In this document: positions 33,719 to 44,771 of the stretch, piece by piece | Numbering within the stretch: position 1 is the stretch's first letter | How the letters are laid out: every line of letters begins with the position of its first letter | NCBI GenBank assembly: GCA_021432655.1 | Contig: MU271556.1 | Location: 1-44,771 of the forward strand | Length of the DNA: 44,771 nt | From: Atractiella rhizophila | Lineage: Eukaryota | Reading direction: 5' to 3' | Made by a program: the position numbers and the translations under genes | Notes under the pieces: model-generated | What the model was told of the DNA's origin: nothing | Databases searched by the model: none | The model's input: the letters and a program-made list of their open reading frames with translations, nothing else

Positions 33719-35189
33719 TTACTTGGACTTGCTTGCTGGTGCCTTTCGCGCCTTCTTGCTAGCAGGCTTCTCTGCTTCATCTTCATCATCATCCGCCGCT
33801 TTCTTGGGGGCTCTTCCTCTGAACACTGGTCAGCCAACCTATCGACGTAGAACCAGGGACAAACCTCTTCTTGCTGGCCGGTTTGCTAGCAGGTTCTTCA
33901 TCGTCCTCCTCCATCGCATCATCATCTTTGGCAGCTTTCTTCTTAGTGGCAGCCTTCTTCGGTGCCTGTAATCCATCTCAGCAGATTTGAGGATGATTGA
34001 GGACAGACGCACGGCTTTAGTTTTCTTCTTCGTCGTTTGTTCCTCATCCTCTCCATCCTACAACAAATCCATTAGTCAAGGTAGAACTGGAAAGTCAGAT
34101 TGGGAACGCACATCTTCTCCGTCATCGTTGAAATCGAAAGCCTCGGAATGTTCGTCATCAGAATCGACAGTCTCCTTACTTTTGACCTTGGACTTTTTCG
34201 GTGCAGCTTTCTTTTTCGCCGCAGTTTTCTTCGTCCCCTCTTCCTCATCGTCATTGGCCTCCCCCTCGCTCTCAGCCAAGCTGTGCCCACTGCACAATCA
34301 GTATCTGTATCCTCACAGATGCGGTAACCCCTACCTCTTCTTGTTAGCAGTAGCCCTGGAGCTCTTTCTCCCGGTGGCAGAAGCAGGTTCTTTCTTCGCT
34401 GGGGCTTTCGCTCTCTTCTTTGGCTTCTCCTCCTCCTCAGCATCGTCCTCTTCTCCTTCATCATCATCGTCCTTCTTCTTGGGGGCAGCCTTCTTCCTTG
34501 GTGCGGCCTTCTTCTTCGGCTTCTCACCTTCTTCGTCATCCTCAGCAGCTGCCTTCTTCTTCCGCCCTCCCTTCTTGGGCTCTGGCCTTTCAACACCTTC
34601 AGGTGGATCCGGAATGTCAGCGGGGTCGACTAGTCCAGGAAGCCTCAGTATGGCGGTTCAAAGGGTGAGAGGAAACGGACCATGTCCCACCTCCCACGCC
34701 TTGCGAATTTTCTCCTTATCCTCGTCCTTGAGCTCGTCGAATCCATCCAAAAGATCATCGACGGGTTTGTCATCCGATTCGCCGTCAAGAAGCTTCGTCT
34801 TCATGTTGGCAAGGACCTTGTCACTGACGCATCCCCAATGGCGCCATTGAAACTGTCCCATCCCGTTTTGTCAGACTTCCGACACAACATGCGAAGAAAA
34901 GAGTGAGGACGAACAGAACCTTTCCCATCCCCACCACCGATGTTCATGGTCACGTACGTGCCAAAGCGGAGAGAGCCTTTTTCGATCTTCTGGCCCATAC
35001 AGCCATGGGTCTTCCCGCCTTCATCATTTCGCAATCAGCACTATAGGGTGAAACAAAAATTTATAAGAAAGCCTGCGCACTTTTGCACCCCGCTCGAGCT
35101 GAACTTGCATACTGTCACACCGAACCCCCATTTGTCAGCCTAGATGTGACGGACAGAAAAAGTTGTCATACCTCGACTCTGTACGACAT
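33719..35189 (-). CDS. Small PARP-type zinc-finger protein with Lys/Asp/Glu-rich tail
   Basis: Spliced N-terminus MSYRVE/YASSARAGCK...C..QKIEKGSLRFG...WRHWGCVS matches the zf-PARP C-C-H-C pattern. It continues LDGFDELKDEDKEKIRKAWEVGH and ends ...APASKSK* at 33719-33721. Confidence 0.85.
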
Positions 35190-36241
35190 TTTCTCTTCTA
35201 AATATCAATTCTCGGAATTTTTGCAGCAGGGATGATTGTTGGAGGCGAAATATGACGAGAAAGCCTTGTTTTTTTTCAGGAATCAAACGCGTCTGTGACA
35301 AAGGGAAAATAGGTTAGTGCTTTGCTGAAATATCAACTTTTTTTTACCAAAGAGGGGAAGAACTTGCCTGCGAAAACAGCCCCCGACAAAATTGGTGCTC
35401 GAAATGGCAGCGGTGAGTGGGAAAACTCAGTGGTCCGCAACGCGCTCGCTTTTGATAGACAGGTTGTGCCCCCAGAGTTCTAAGGGGCTTAAGGGCAAGT
35501 CGGCAATGCCTGAAAGGGAAATTGTTCTCCATTGCCTATTAAGAAGACGAGGACGAAGACAACGCAACATCGAGGTTCCTGGTCAGCTCGTGACAAAAGA
35601 GACCGGCCTGCGGGGTGTGTAGGAGCACGCCAAAGTAACATAACGCACTACTGTTAGTGAAGGGCTCTCTCTCCAACGGTGAGTGGATGAGTCTGTGATT
35701 TCTTGAGGGTGTGGCGTATTTTTCTGGTTAGAAATTAGTTTCTTCCTCCCATTGTGCTTATTGTATTTTCAAGATGTAGTTATAGCGGTAGCGCATGTTG
35801 GAATGGATGTAGCACTCTGGATTTTGGCTTAGATTTGTTCCTTCCACCAAAGGTTACGGATAATGCACAAGGGCTCAAAGATGCCGGAGTCCCTGCTCGT
35901 GTTGTGAGAGAACATAAGTGAAGGTTCTAATGGCGGCTGAGGTGCTTTCAAGCTACTGCATCAGGTGACTGAAACGCGGTTGAACGCCATCTGCGCTTGG
36001 CACCATCGAACCAAATGAAACTTTCGACTCGCTTTGCGAGCAGCCAATCATTGCTTCTGTGACTTCTGATTAGTAAACTTGGATTGTAGAGTATTAGTGC
36101 AGCTATCTTCCTTTCGGTCCTAACCAGTTCATCCTTTTGGTGATCATAAATGCCTGCCAAAGTTGCGGGCCATTACTTTCCTCTAAGTTTCATTTGTGAG
36201 ATGAATGAGCTGACGCATTCGTTTATCTGCAGACCGCCAAC

Positions 36242-39200
36242 ATGGCTAGTTCTTCAACTTCGAGTTCCACGAAATTGAACATCTCAAGCATCTCAAAACC
36301 GGAACAATCGAAGGGGGATTCATCTGAAGAAGGCGAGATATCGGATGATGGGCTCACCGTCACGCGCAGAGACTCTGTTCGCGAAGAGGATGGTTTGATC
36401 ATCGAGGATAGAAGGACTTCCCGTTTCCTCAGTCCTGGAAGGTCGAGAAGAGATCGCGCTTCACCACATTATTCTCCGTATCGTGATGGTGCCGAAAGTA
36501 GAGACTGGCAAGAGCGCGGACGGTCTAGGTCGCCTCCGTACCTCAATGATAGACGCGAAAGAAGATATTCCTCAAGTCGGGATCGAGATTGGGAGAGAAA
36601 CAGAGATCACGGATATCCCAGAGACTTTTATCCAGGGACTCTTACGGACGTCACAGAACGCGCTCGCCTCCTCCTCCTCCTGCCGAACGTCAACCATTAC
36701 CTTCATCTACAGACTATCGACCAACCCGTTTGCCTCTTCCCTCTTCCAATCATAATGAACAAGCTGTCTACCCCTTCGAATACCGTCCAACCAAGCTTCC
36801 CCTCCCCCTCCTCCCCCAGAGGAACCTTCAGGGACAAGGAAGCGGAAGGCTTCTGAGGCAGAAGAAGGAGAATTGGATATCGAGGCAGGTCGGACTGTAC
36901 AGAGGCGCCGAAGCTCAACGACCGACTCCAAACCTCTTTCATTTCAGCTCAAAGCCAATCCATCTCAGGCCGGTCATGCAACCAAGAAAAATGTCAATGT
37001 GTTTTTGGATGCAGAATCGCTACTCGAGAGCTCCAGGGCACATAAGACAGAAGGAACGGGAAAAGAGAAGATGACTGGAGTTGAGGGGAAGAAGAAGGCA
37101 CCTCCACCTCCGCCGCCGCCAACAACTCCACCTCCTCCAGGCCTTCCCCCTCCTCCACCACCGCCCTTGCCCGAACAATCCGGAGCACCGACATTTCAAC
37201 CACCTCATCATCCCCCGCCGCCCTCATCTAAACCTCCACCCTTACCCCCACCTTCCATGCCACCGCCAGATCTCATGAGGCGGCAATCGGGGTTTCCCCC
37301 TCCTCCTCAACAAATGATGAATGGCCCTTCAGGAGGAATGCCTCTTCCGCCCCGGCCACCTCCAGAAATGATGGGGATGCAATCGGGCAACATCCATCCG
37401 CCACCTCCAGACATGATGCGAGCACATTCAAGCGGGATTCAAGCTGTCCCTCCTGGGATGAATGGAGGGATGGGTATGCCTCCTGCACCAGCACCTTATC
37501 ACCAGCAATACCCCCAACAATATCCGCCTCCTCAAGGTCTTCAACACTATCCCACCGTCCCCCCTCCGATACAAATGGGACCGTCCCACTCACACTCTCA
37601 ACATGCCCCTCTCATTCCAGAAGCTTATATTCATCCTGAGCAAGCACCAGTGCATCCACCCATCGAAAGGCCTCCCCCTCATCCACATACCCAAATCCCA
37701 CCAACTCGAAAACGCCCCCGATCTCCTTCTTTCGTCCGACCCGTTTCCCCACCTCTGCCTACAGAAAAGGAGAAAGCGCGAGCGATAGATACGAAAGATG
37801 GAACCGTTACGCCTGTATCTCCCAACGTACTAAAGGACAAAGCGCAGCCATTTGTGTCAGCGATTGGAGAGAAAAACACCTCCACCTCTCGGAATCGACA
37901 ATATGGAGGGGTATCCAGGGTTACCGATTACGTTCTACTTGACAAATTGGGCGAAGGGACCTTTGGCGTCGTCTGGAAAGCGAGGAAGAAGACGGCACGG
38001 GACAGTGACTTGGTTGCTTTAAAAAAAGTTATCCTACACAACGAGAACGATGGGGTCCGTTGTCTTCCTTCATTTTAGGACCATATGCTAACAAGCAGTA
38101 GATGCCTGTAACGACTTTGCGTGAAATTAAAATGTTGAGAGCTCTCAGTCATGTCAATGTGGTAGGCTTGAACGAGCTAGCGTATATTGAGGGTTGGTCC
38201 TGTCTCTCTAATTCCGTCCTTCCCTGACTGAATAGAATTTAGGCGACGAGGAGAAGAAAACTCCGGGTGCGACGTATATGGTCTTTCCCTACATGGAGCA
38301 CGATCTTGCTGGCATTCTACAGAATAAAAGCATTAATTTGACCCAAGGCATGATCAAGTCATACGCTCGGCAACTTCTTGAAGGGGTCGCCTATCTGCAC
38401 AGGGTAGATTTTCTGCTTCGTTTGTGCAGAGACGTTGGGGAATACTGACATACAATAACAGAATAAAATTCTGCATCGAGACATGAAGTCCGCCAATCTA
38501 CTCATCAACAACGCTGGCGTTCTCAAAATAGCTGATTTCGGATTGGCACGAAGCATCCATTCTAGATCAGACAGAAGGAGGAGGGTAAGGCTCCACATCG
38601 CACTCATCAGCGTCTCACTGAATTGGATTAGGAATACACAGGAGAGGTAGTCACTCGATGGTACCGTCCTCCTGAGGTTTTAATTCTCGATCGTCGATAT
38701 GGAACGCCAGTAGACATGTGGGGTGTTGGGTGAATATCCCGTTCCCATGTTGTCAAATTGCAAACCCTTGTTGCAGATGCGTCATAGCCGAGATGTACCA
38801 CAAGGTGCCGATTTTTCAAGGGCATTCCGACATCGACCAGCTGCATAAAATCTTCTCTTGGTGTGGCTCGCCTACTGAATCTGCCCTACCCGGATGGGAT
38901 GTTTTCGCTCAAAAGAATGGGATTAAGATCAATTTTATGCAGAGGCGGATCGTCGAAGAGTTTCGGTGAGTTGTTTCACCCAACTTTGCACTTCATTCAT
39001 GAACACGAGCAGGCTTAATACGTATGATGGTGCCGATCTGATCGACAGCATCCTAAAACTCAAGCCTTCAGAACGACTGACAGCAGAGGAAGCACTGCAT
39101 CACAATTGGTTTTGGTCAACCCCGCTCCCATTGAAACCCGGAGAGTGAGTTACTTCCCTATGTATTATCTATGATGGATTTTAAACAGTATGGGCCTAGG

Positions 39201-39857
39201 ATATCAGCCTTCCCTTCGTCTCACGAGTTTGACGCTCGGAAGAGGGCAGAAGGAAACAAGGTGCCCGTCGGAGAGCAGGTGAAGGAATTCCTTGCCCCCT
39301 CCAAGCCAGTCAATCCGCACGCAAGCACTGTAATTACTGAGACGAAAGAAGCTCCACGTCCATCTACAGCTTCCCGACGTGATAAGGATCAAGCTCCTGC
39401 TGCTTCTCGTCGTGGTCAACGACAGCCTCAACCTCGCCCTCCTCCGCCTGCTCCTGCCGCTGCTCCACCACCAATGGGGCCACCATTGCATTTAGGACAA
39501 GGACCACCACACCCACATCATCCAGGACAGTTTCATAACCGTCCTCCGCCTTCTCAATTCCCCCCACATTCTCAATTCATGCTCCCCCCCAACCCCCTGA
39601 ATGCTCCGCCACCTGCTCACTTTCAACAACAGATGCCTCCTTCCGGACAGTACATGGGCGGACCTCCTCGACATCCCAACGATTACACTGACCGTCCACC
39701 TCCTCGGCATCCAGATGACCTTAGTGGCGGTGACTATGGTAGACCACGACCGCGGCACCCAGATGACATTGGCCCGCCGCCTGGGCGGTTCCGGGGGGGG
39801 CCACCATCTAGGCAGGGTGGTGGGAGAGGGGGACGACAAATGGTCAGTTACGAGTGA
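36242..39857 (+). CDS. BUR1: Transcriptional cyclin-dependent kinase, BUR1/SGV1 (CDK9-like), with RS/Pro-rich extensions
   Basis: Motifs [22 protein letters not shown] (PITALRE-like), [30 protein letters not shown] and [10 protein letters not shown]. The N-terminal extension has two apparent 1-nt frameshifts. Confidence 0.85.
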
Positions 39858-40089
39858 CCCTTGCTTGTGCAAAGTTATGCTTGCGGTTTCTTGTGCATCG
39901 TACAAATCTTAGAAATCTACATCGTTTGAGTTGAGGAACAAGTTGCGATTGCAATTCTAAACTAAAGTGGGATAAATACTTGCTTCCAACGAAATTGAGT
40001 GGTGGTGAACATATGTACGATGCCTATAGCTACAAATCAAAACACGATTCCTCCCTTATCCTGTCGAACTAAACTGTCCAACAACAGGC

Positions 40090-42321
40090 CTACTGTATCC
40101 TGCGCTGCCAAAATCCTCGCTTCTTCATCTTGATTGCAGCTGCCAGGCGGCTTTGCCTCTTGTCGGCGACAACGAGACGGTTTTCGACTGGCAGGCCTTC
40201 TTGAATACCCATCCGAGCGACTCCAATGCCGATACCGACTTTCCTAAGCTTGTGCAACCTTCGAATGCCATAAGCAGCCATGAGAACCGAGAGCGCGACG
40301 GCACCAGTGGACGCGAGATAGAAGGCAAACTCGTGATTTTCGAAGCCAGATTTCAAGTTCATTCCTATCCAAATTCCACGTTTCAACTTCCTTTCCTTCA
40401 TCGAACAGTAACTGAGCCTTACCAAACATGGAAGCGACCAAGGCACCACTTCCAATTCCCATTGTCCCGATGGACACCTTCAAATCGAGCGAAAGAAGTT
40501 GGTTCCGGTTAGAATCAAGGATGAGGTCCACGATCTCCTCTGTGCTTTTGACATTGGCGATAAGATTCTCAGCCTCGGATACCATCTCTTCCACCTGTTT
40601 GCTGAACGATTCCAACAGTAATTCCAGCTCTTCATGATCGTCGGAAGCGCGAGGCCGATTCTCTACGTTCTTTTCGGTGAGGTACATAGCCGCCAAGTCC
40701 TCATCTTGTTCAAGCACTTCATCGAAGGACTCTTGAACCAGTTTGGCAACCTTGTGGAAAACAGAAAGCTTTCTCGAATAGTGTAATAGCAGTTTGAGTT
40801 TTTCTCGATCTACGCTTGATCAATCAGCTACTGTTGTCTCGAACAACCAGAAAGGCACATACCGATGTCAATCTCCAAAGCCTCCAACAGCTCCACAATA
40901 ACGGTCCTCAATCCCGTCATCTCGCTCTCCAGCGCTTGCGTCACGCTTGCAAATATCGCCTCCAGAGCTCTAAACTCATAAGGGAGTCCACCGGAAGCTT
41001 TTCGCTCCTAAGCGTAGGTTATGGCCCAAGTTGTACAAAAAGAGAGAGTGGTGTGAAGTGTCTTGTGTGCCGTAAGAGTCGAAGAGGTAGATACTGTCGT
41101 GTTTGATTAGCGCTCGGATGTGCAACATGTTCACCTATCCTTTCATTCCTCTTCAGCGAACCCTTATCTCGTACTGAAGAAGGTGGATTGTGACGAACCA
41201 GAATGCATTCTTTCCGCACCAGAATTGTAGGGACAACATTCGGGACGCGCGAATCGATCTTCCTCAAATCTCGCGGCTACACATATGACAGGTTCATCAG
41301 CCTTCTACTCCATTTCGTTCCAACCCTCACACAAAATCGGAGAGCAAGAAANNNNNNNNNNNNNNNNNNNNNNNNNACAAAATCGGAGAGCAAGAAAACA
41401 TACCTGCAGTCCATGCTCACTACATAACTCTGTCTTCCTAAATTGACCACTAATAACCTGTACATTCCCTACCTCATCCAACACTGTACAGCGCATAGCC
41501 AGTCCATCTCCACGGCTGCCGAGGGAGGCAGGAGAATAACCACTGCCTGCTTCTCCACCACCAGCTTTCACAGCACGCTCCGCTGCCTTTGCACCATTCT
41601 CAACGGCCTCCCACAAACGCTGTTCTCGACGGAGTGGATGGCCGTCAAAAAAGGTCGTGTTCTGTGTTTGGTGTGCGAGCGTGGATGGACGGAAGAGTCG
41701 AAGGAGAGGATTGGTGTTAGACGATGGCGCTCCTCGCAGCAGTGGAGCGTGGGAGAATGGACGGACTGAAAAAAAATGAAAGAAATCAGCTTTTCTCTTC
41801 CTCGTTTAGAATTGTAGGCAGAATTTCAAGGTGAAGAATCAGGAACGACTAGCGTATTGTCGTTCGACAATGCAATATCCTCAAAGTATTTAGGACTGGT
41901 GCCAGCAAGGTTTCTCATCATTTTTCACTCCCTCACTCAAACATGGTTCAGATCGTTAAAGGACCATAGCGACCTAGAAAAAGGTAGAAATCGACGTACC
42001 AAACTCCTCAAGCCCCATAACATGTTTGGCAGCCTGAGGTTGTTTCCCTCGCGCTCGGACTGACATCTTCCTCTTCGATCCTCCGAGTCCACAGGCAAAG
42101 GCTCCCGTCCATCGCGCGTTAGCCGTTGAGGGAGTTGGCGGCACGAATCTAAATGAATGAAGCGCAGACCTGGAAGTAGAGCCCGCCGATGCAGGAATGG
42201 ACATCTCAAAGTCGACTTCGTGTCTTGGTTGCTCAAATTTTTCAGTACTCTGCGCACGTGCAGCATTTCTCTCACACCTGTTGACTGCTGTTATGCATGC
42301 AGGGCTAATTTTGCCCGCCAT
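40090..42321 (-). CDS. MRS2: Mitochondrial Mg2+ channel MRS2/LPE10 (CorA superfamily)
   Basis: Motifs LCSEHGLQ/PRDLRKIDS, PTILVR, LPYEFRALE, EDLAAMYLT, ELELLLESF, LDSNRNQLL and the intron-split FG/MNL (GMN) motif. The start codon is uncertain (42321, or up to 42507). Confidence 0.88.
41352..41376. other. Assembly gap (25 N) inside an MRS2 intron, flanked by a repeated 21-mer
   Basis: ACAAAATCGGAGAGCAAGAAA occurs on both sides of the N run, indicating overlapping contig ends. Confidence 0.9.
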
Positions 42322-43191
42322 TAATCCATCTGAAGTGGATTGCCTAAAACGAGGAAGATTTTGCTTGAGCTGAGAAATAGAAGTAAAGAGATAATGATAT
42401 GGATGGTACCCATGCCCAAAACGTGAGTGTCTATTCGATGCTGCCTTTTCTATGTTTTTGCTGTCTCTCCACGGCTCCAACAGGTCTTGGAAACTTAAAG
42501 GTTTCATCCTTCAGTTGGTATGAAGGGACCGAACACGCCAATCAAGGTGCCTTGTCTTTGAGAGATCCACATCGATCGAGGCGTATAATCTGGCGAAGAT
42601 CTTTCAATCATTTAATTTCTCTACCTGAGAAATTGTTCTCCTGGACTCCTGTAGCAAAACTGTGTTTGTGCAGTTAGATAAAGTAATTCAGCAGAACGTA
42701 TTCTGCCCGAATAGTTTATCACAAGTCTTCAAAAGAGACGTGTAGCTGAATACAAAGGTTATTTCCCGTGCACTTTGCTCCCAAAAATCAAAAGGTTCTA
42801 GTAGCAATGTATCGGCATTGTTTCGGTTCCCTCGCCACGATTGCATGGAGCTGAGAACGCACGATTGCAAGACAGTGTGAAGCTACTCTCACTCCAAATT
42901 CATTGTTTTAAGGGCAAAAGTAAATGGATAGCAGCTCGCTGGCGGTGATGGAGTTGTGATTTTCCTGTGAGATATCTTTATTTTCAGAGTAAAACCTGTA
43001 GAGAGCTTAGAGAATGGTTGCAAAGCCCCTCGAGCACCCGATATATTTGAATTTGCCAGTAGATATTCTAAATTGTTGTGAGTGTCCGGTACATGATCTT
43101 GAGGGCAGGATGTCAGAAACTATAAGCGCTGTAATCGACGGGAGATGTTTCAAGTCTTGCACTACTGCTTGTTTGCTAGAGTGATGTAGCC

Positions 43192-44490
43192 ATGTTTAAA
43201 GCTGACCCACCTTCTTTTTTGAAGCCTCCCACGCTGTCCTCCCTGCCTTCCGAACTTATATACCCCATCCTCACTCCGTTCCTCGATCCACCATTCAAAT
43301 CCGTGCTACTTTCCGTGAACCTGCTCTCGCGACACTTCCACTCCCTCTCTCTGCCACTTTTATATCACACACTTCTTGTTCGCACCACAACTCCCTCGAT
43401 TGCAACAGACGACTTTACCATCCATTTCCGTCACCTCGAACGGCACCCCTCCTTCACACACTGCGTCAAGAAAGTCATAATCCGAGACCCTCTATCTTCT
43501 CGCACATTCGCGTGGGGGAGCGAAAAAACGTGTGCGCGATTCTGGGCCGATGCTAATAGGCTGCTTACTCTCGTATCGACTTCAATCAAGGCTTTGGAAC
43601 TCGTACCACCAGATCCGCCGCATGCGAAAATATGGCAGGATATCTTCAAGAGCGAGCTTTGCGTACCTTCTCTTCCTTATCTCGAACGATTCGCCATCAC
43701 CCCTCCATACGATGTTTTCCAGGTATCCGGCACTTACGCGCTCATCCCTCATATAGACGTATCGAAAAAATGGCTTGCACATCTAGATTTGGAGCACGTC
43801 AACTTCGCTCTCCCCCTAGGAGAGAAAGCAAAAGGATGGACTTTGAGGAGCCTGATATTAAGAAAGGTAACTTGGGAAGGCGATGGAGATCCCAATTGCT
43901 TGTTTAATTGGTTTGAAGAGAGTAGCCAGAGTATGAGGAGCTTAAAGACCGACCTCGACTCCTTCCAAGGTCGCCTTACCGATCTGTTAAAAGCAGTAGA
44001 GACATTCAGGAACATCTCAAAACTGATTATGGAGCTTTACGAAGAAGCACATGAGATTTCCCACACCCGTCTTCTGAGGATTGTACCTCCTTTAGAACGA
44101 CTTACCTTCCTCAGCATCTCGAGCGACGGTTCCCCTCACGCCGCCGTTCCTCTTCTCGAGCTCTTACCGAACATTTCGCAGTCCCCCCTCTCTTCTCTCA
44201 CGCTCGAAAGGATCATCGTCCGCTCCAGAATCTTTCCTCCGATTGAGGAGACAGAGTGGAGGCTGCTGAATCTCAAGTTGGTGGGCCTCAGAGGGAAGTT
44301 CAGCGATGTGGATGCGATGAAAAAGCTAATGGGCAGAACAAGGAAGGAAACACTGCTCGCGAGAGGTAGATTGAGCATGAAGCCAGGTATATTCGCGACC
44401 CGAGAGCTGGAGGAGGAGTTCTGCGATTGGCTGTTAGGAGCTGGAACTCAAGATGACACCCAACTGGAACTTCTGGATGGGACTTCTTGA
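43192..44490 (+). CDS. Intronless 432-aa F-box-like/LRR (RNI-like) protein
   Basis: N-terminal LSSLPSELIYPIL...LLSVNLLSRHFHSLSLPLLY is F-box-like. It is followed by LxxLxL repeats (LERFAI, LRSLIL, LTFLSI, LSSLTL). Confidence 0.65.
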   Translation: MFKADPPSFLKPPTLSSLPSELIYPILTPFLDPPFKSVLLSVNLLSRHFHSLSLPLLYHTLLVRTTTPSIATDDFTIHFRHLERHPSFTHCVKKVIIRDPLSSRTFAWGSEKTCARFWADANRLLTLVSTSIKALELVPPDPPHAKIWQDIFKSELCVPSLPYLERFAITPPYDVFQVSGTYALIPHIDVSKKWLAHLDLEHVNFALPLGEKAKGWTLRSLILRKVTWEGDGDPNCLFNWFEESSQSMRSLKTDLDSFQGRLTDLLKAVETFRNISKLIMELYEEAHEISHTRLLRIVPPLERLTFLSISSDGSPHAAVPLLELLPNISQSPLSSLTLERIIVRSRIFPPIEETEWRLLNLKLVGLRGKFSDVDAMKKLMGRTRKETLLARGRLSMKPGIFATRELEEEFCDWLLGAGTQDDTQLELLDGTS

Positions 44491-44771
44491 CTAGGATTGG
44501 CTCCCTCTCTCCTTCCTCATTGTCAACTTCGTGAACGCGAGAGCCTGAGAAGTTGTTGCTGGCTTTCGGATTTGTTTGAACAAACAGGTGGGGAAATTTA
44601 CCGACAATTTTCCACAATCAAGAGTAATTTCCCCTCTCATTCGATCTCCCTCATCCCAGAAGTCACCGTCGATATCGATGTCAAAATTTCCTGCAGAACC
44701 ACTCTTTCTCGGGTTAGACTGCTCGACCCAGTCTCTCAAGGCCGTCTTCCTTACTTCCTCCCTCAAGACAA
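44491..44771 (-). CDS. 3' end of a hypothetical protein running off the window
   Basis: Open frame from the window edge to TAG at 44491-44493, with coding-like composition. No family was recognised. Confidence 0.4.
   Translation of the reverse strand, partial: VLREEVRKTALRDWVEQSNPRKSGSAGNFDIDIDGDFWDEGDRMRGEITLDCGKLSVNFPTCLFKQIRKPATTSQALAFTKLTMRKERGSQS

Noticed and set aside
33987..34850. 287-aa Phe/Ser/Ala-rich plus-strand ORF
   Set aside because: It is the antisense shadow of the Lys/Glu/Asp-rich zf-PARP gene.
35288..35445. ACGCGT/ACGCG MCB-like boxes upstream of the zf-PARP gene
   Set aside because: They are too short and too common in this window to support a regulatory call.
41331..41397. 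Direct repeat around the N run as a target-site duplication
   Set aside because: It is better explained by overlapping contig ends at a scaffold gap.

Overview
Intron-rich fungal DNA with ~45-60 nt GT-AG introns. It is most likely a basidiomycete, and Pucciniomycotina is suggested only by inference. Housekeeping genes in order: a short-chain dehydrogenase, a TDG/MUG glycosylase, an MFS transporter, an SREBP-type bHLH factor, MGM1, a DUF6534-like membrane protein, a Rab-GAP TBC gene, a zf-PARP protein, a BUR1/CDK9-like kinase, an MRS2-like Mg2+ channel and an F-box-like gene. A CpG-depleted accessory island (~15.4-24.7 kb) holds a 4.56-kb tandem duplication, a hAT-type MITE with an 8-bp TSD, two different nested solo LTRs and a decayed Helitron RepHel. 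The duplication includes the 3' half of MGM1 and may be two haplotypes assembled in tandem. The main hidden signal is a small 3-exon gene family that the ORF track fragments. It has one intact 211-aa member (32671-33412, -) and two head-to-head pseudogenised paralogs in each duplicate unit. The members have a Gln-rich coiled-coil stalk and a C-terminal domain that by eye resembles DUF1773/Mug135_C, the domain of the fission-yeast meiotic driver Tdk1. That link is inference and needs an HMM search.
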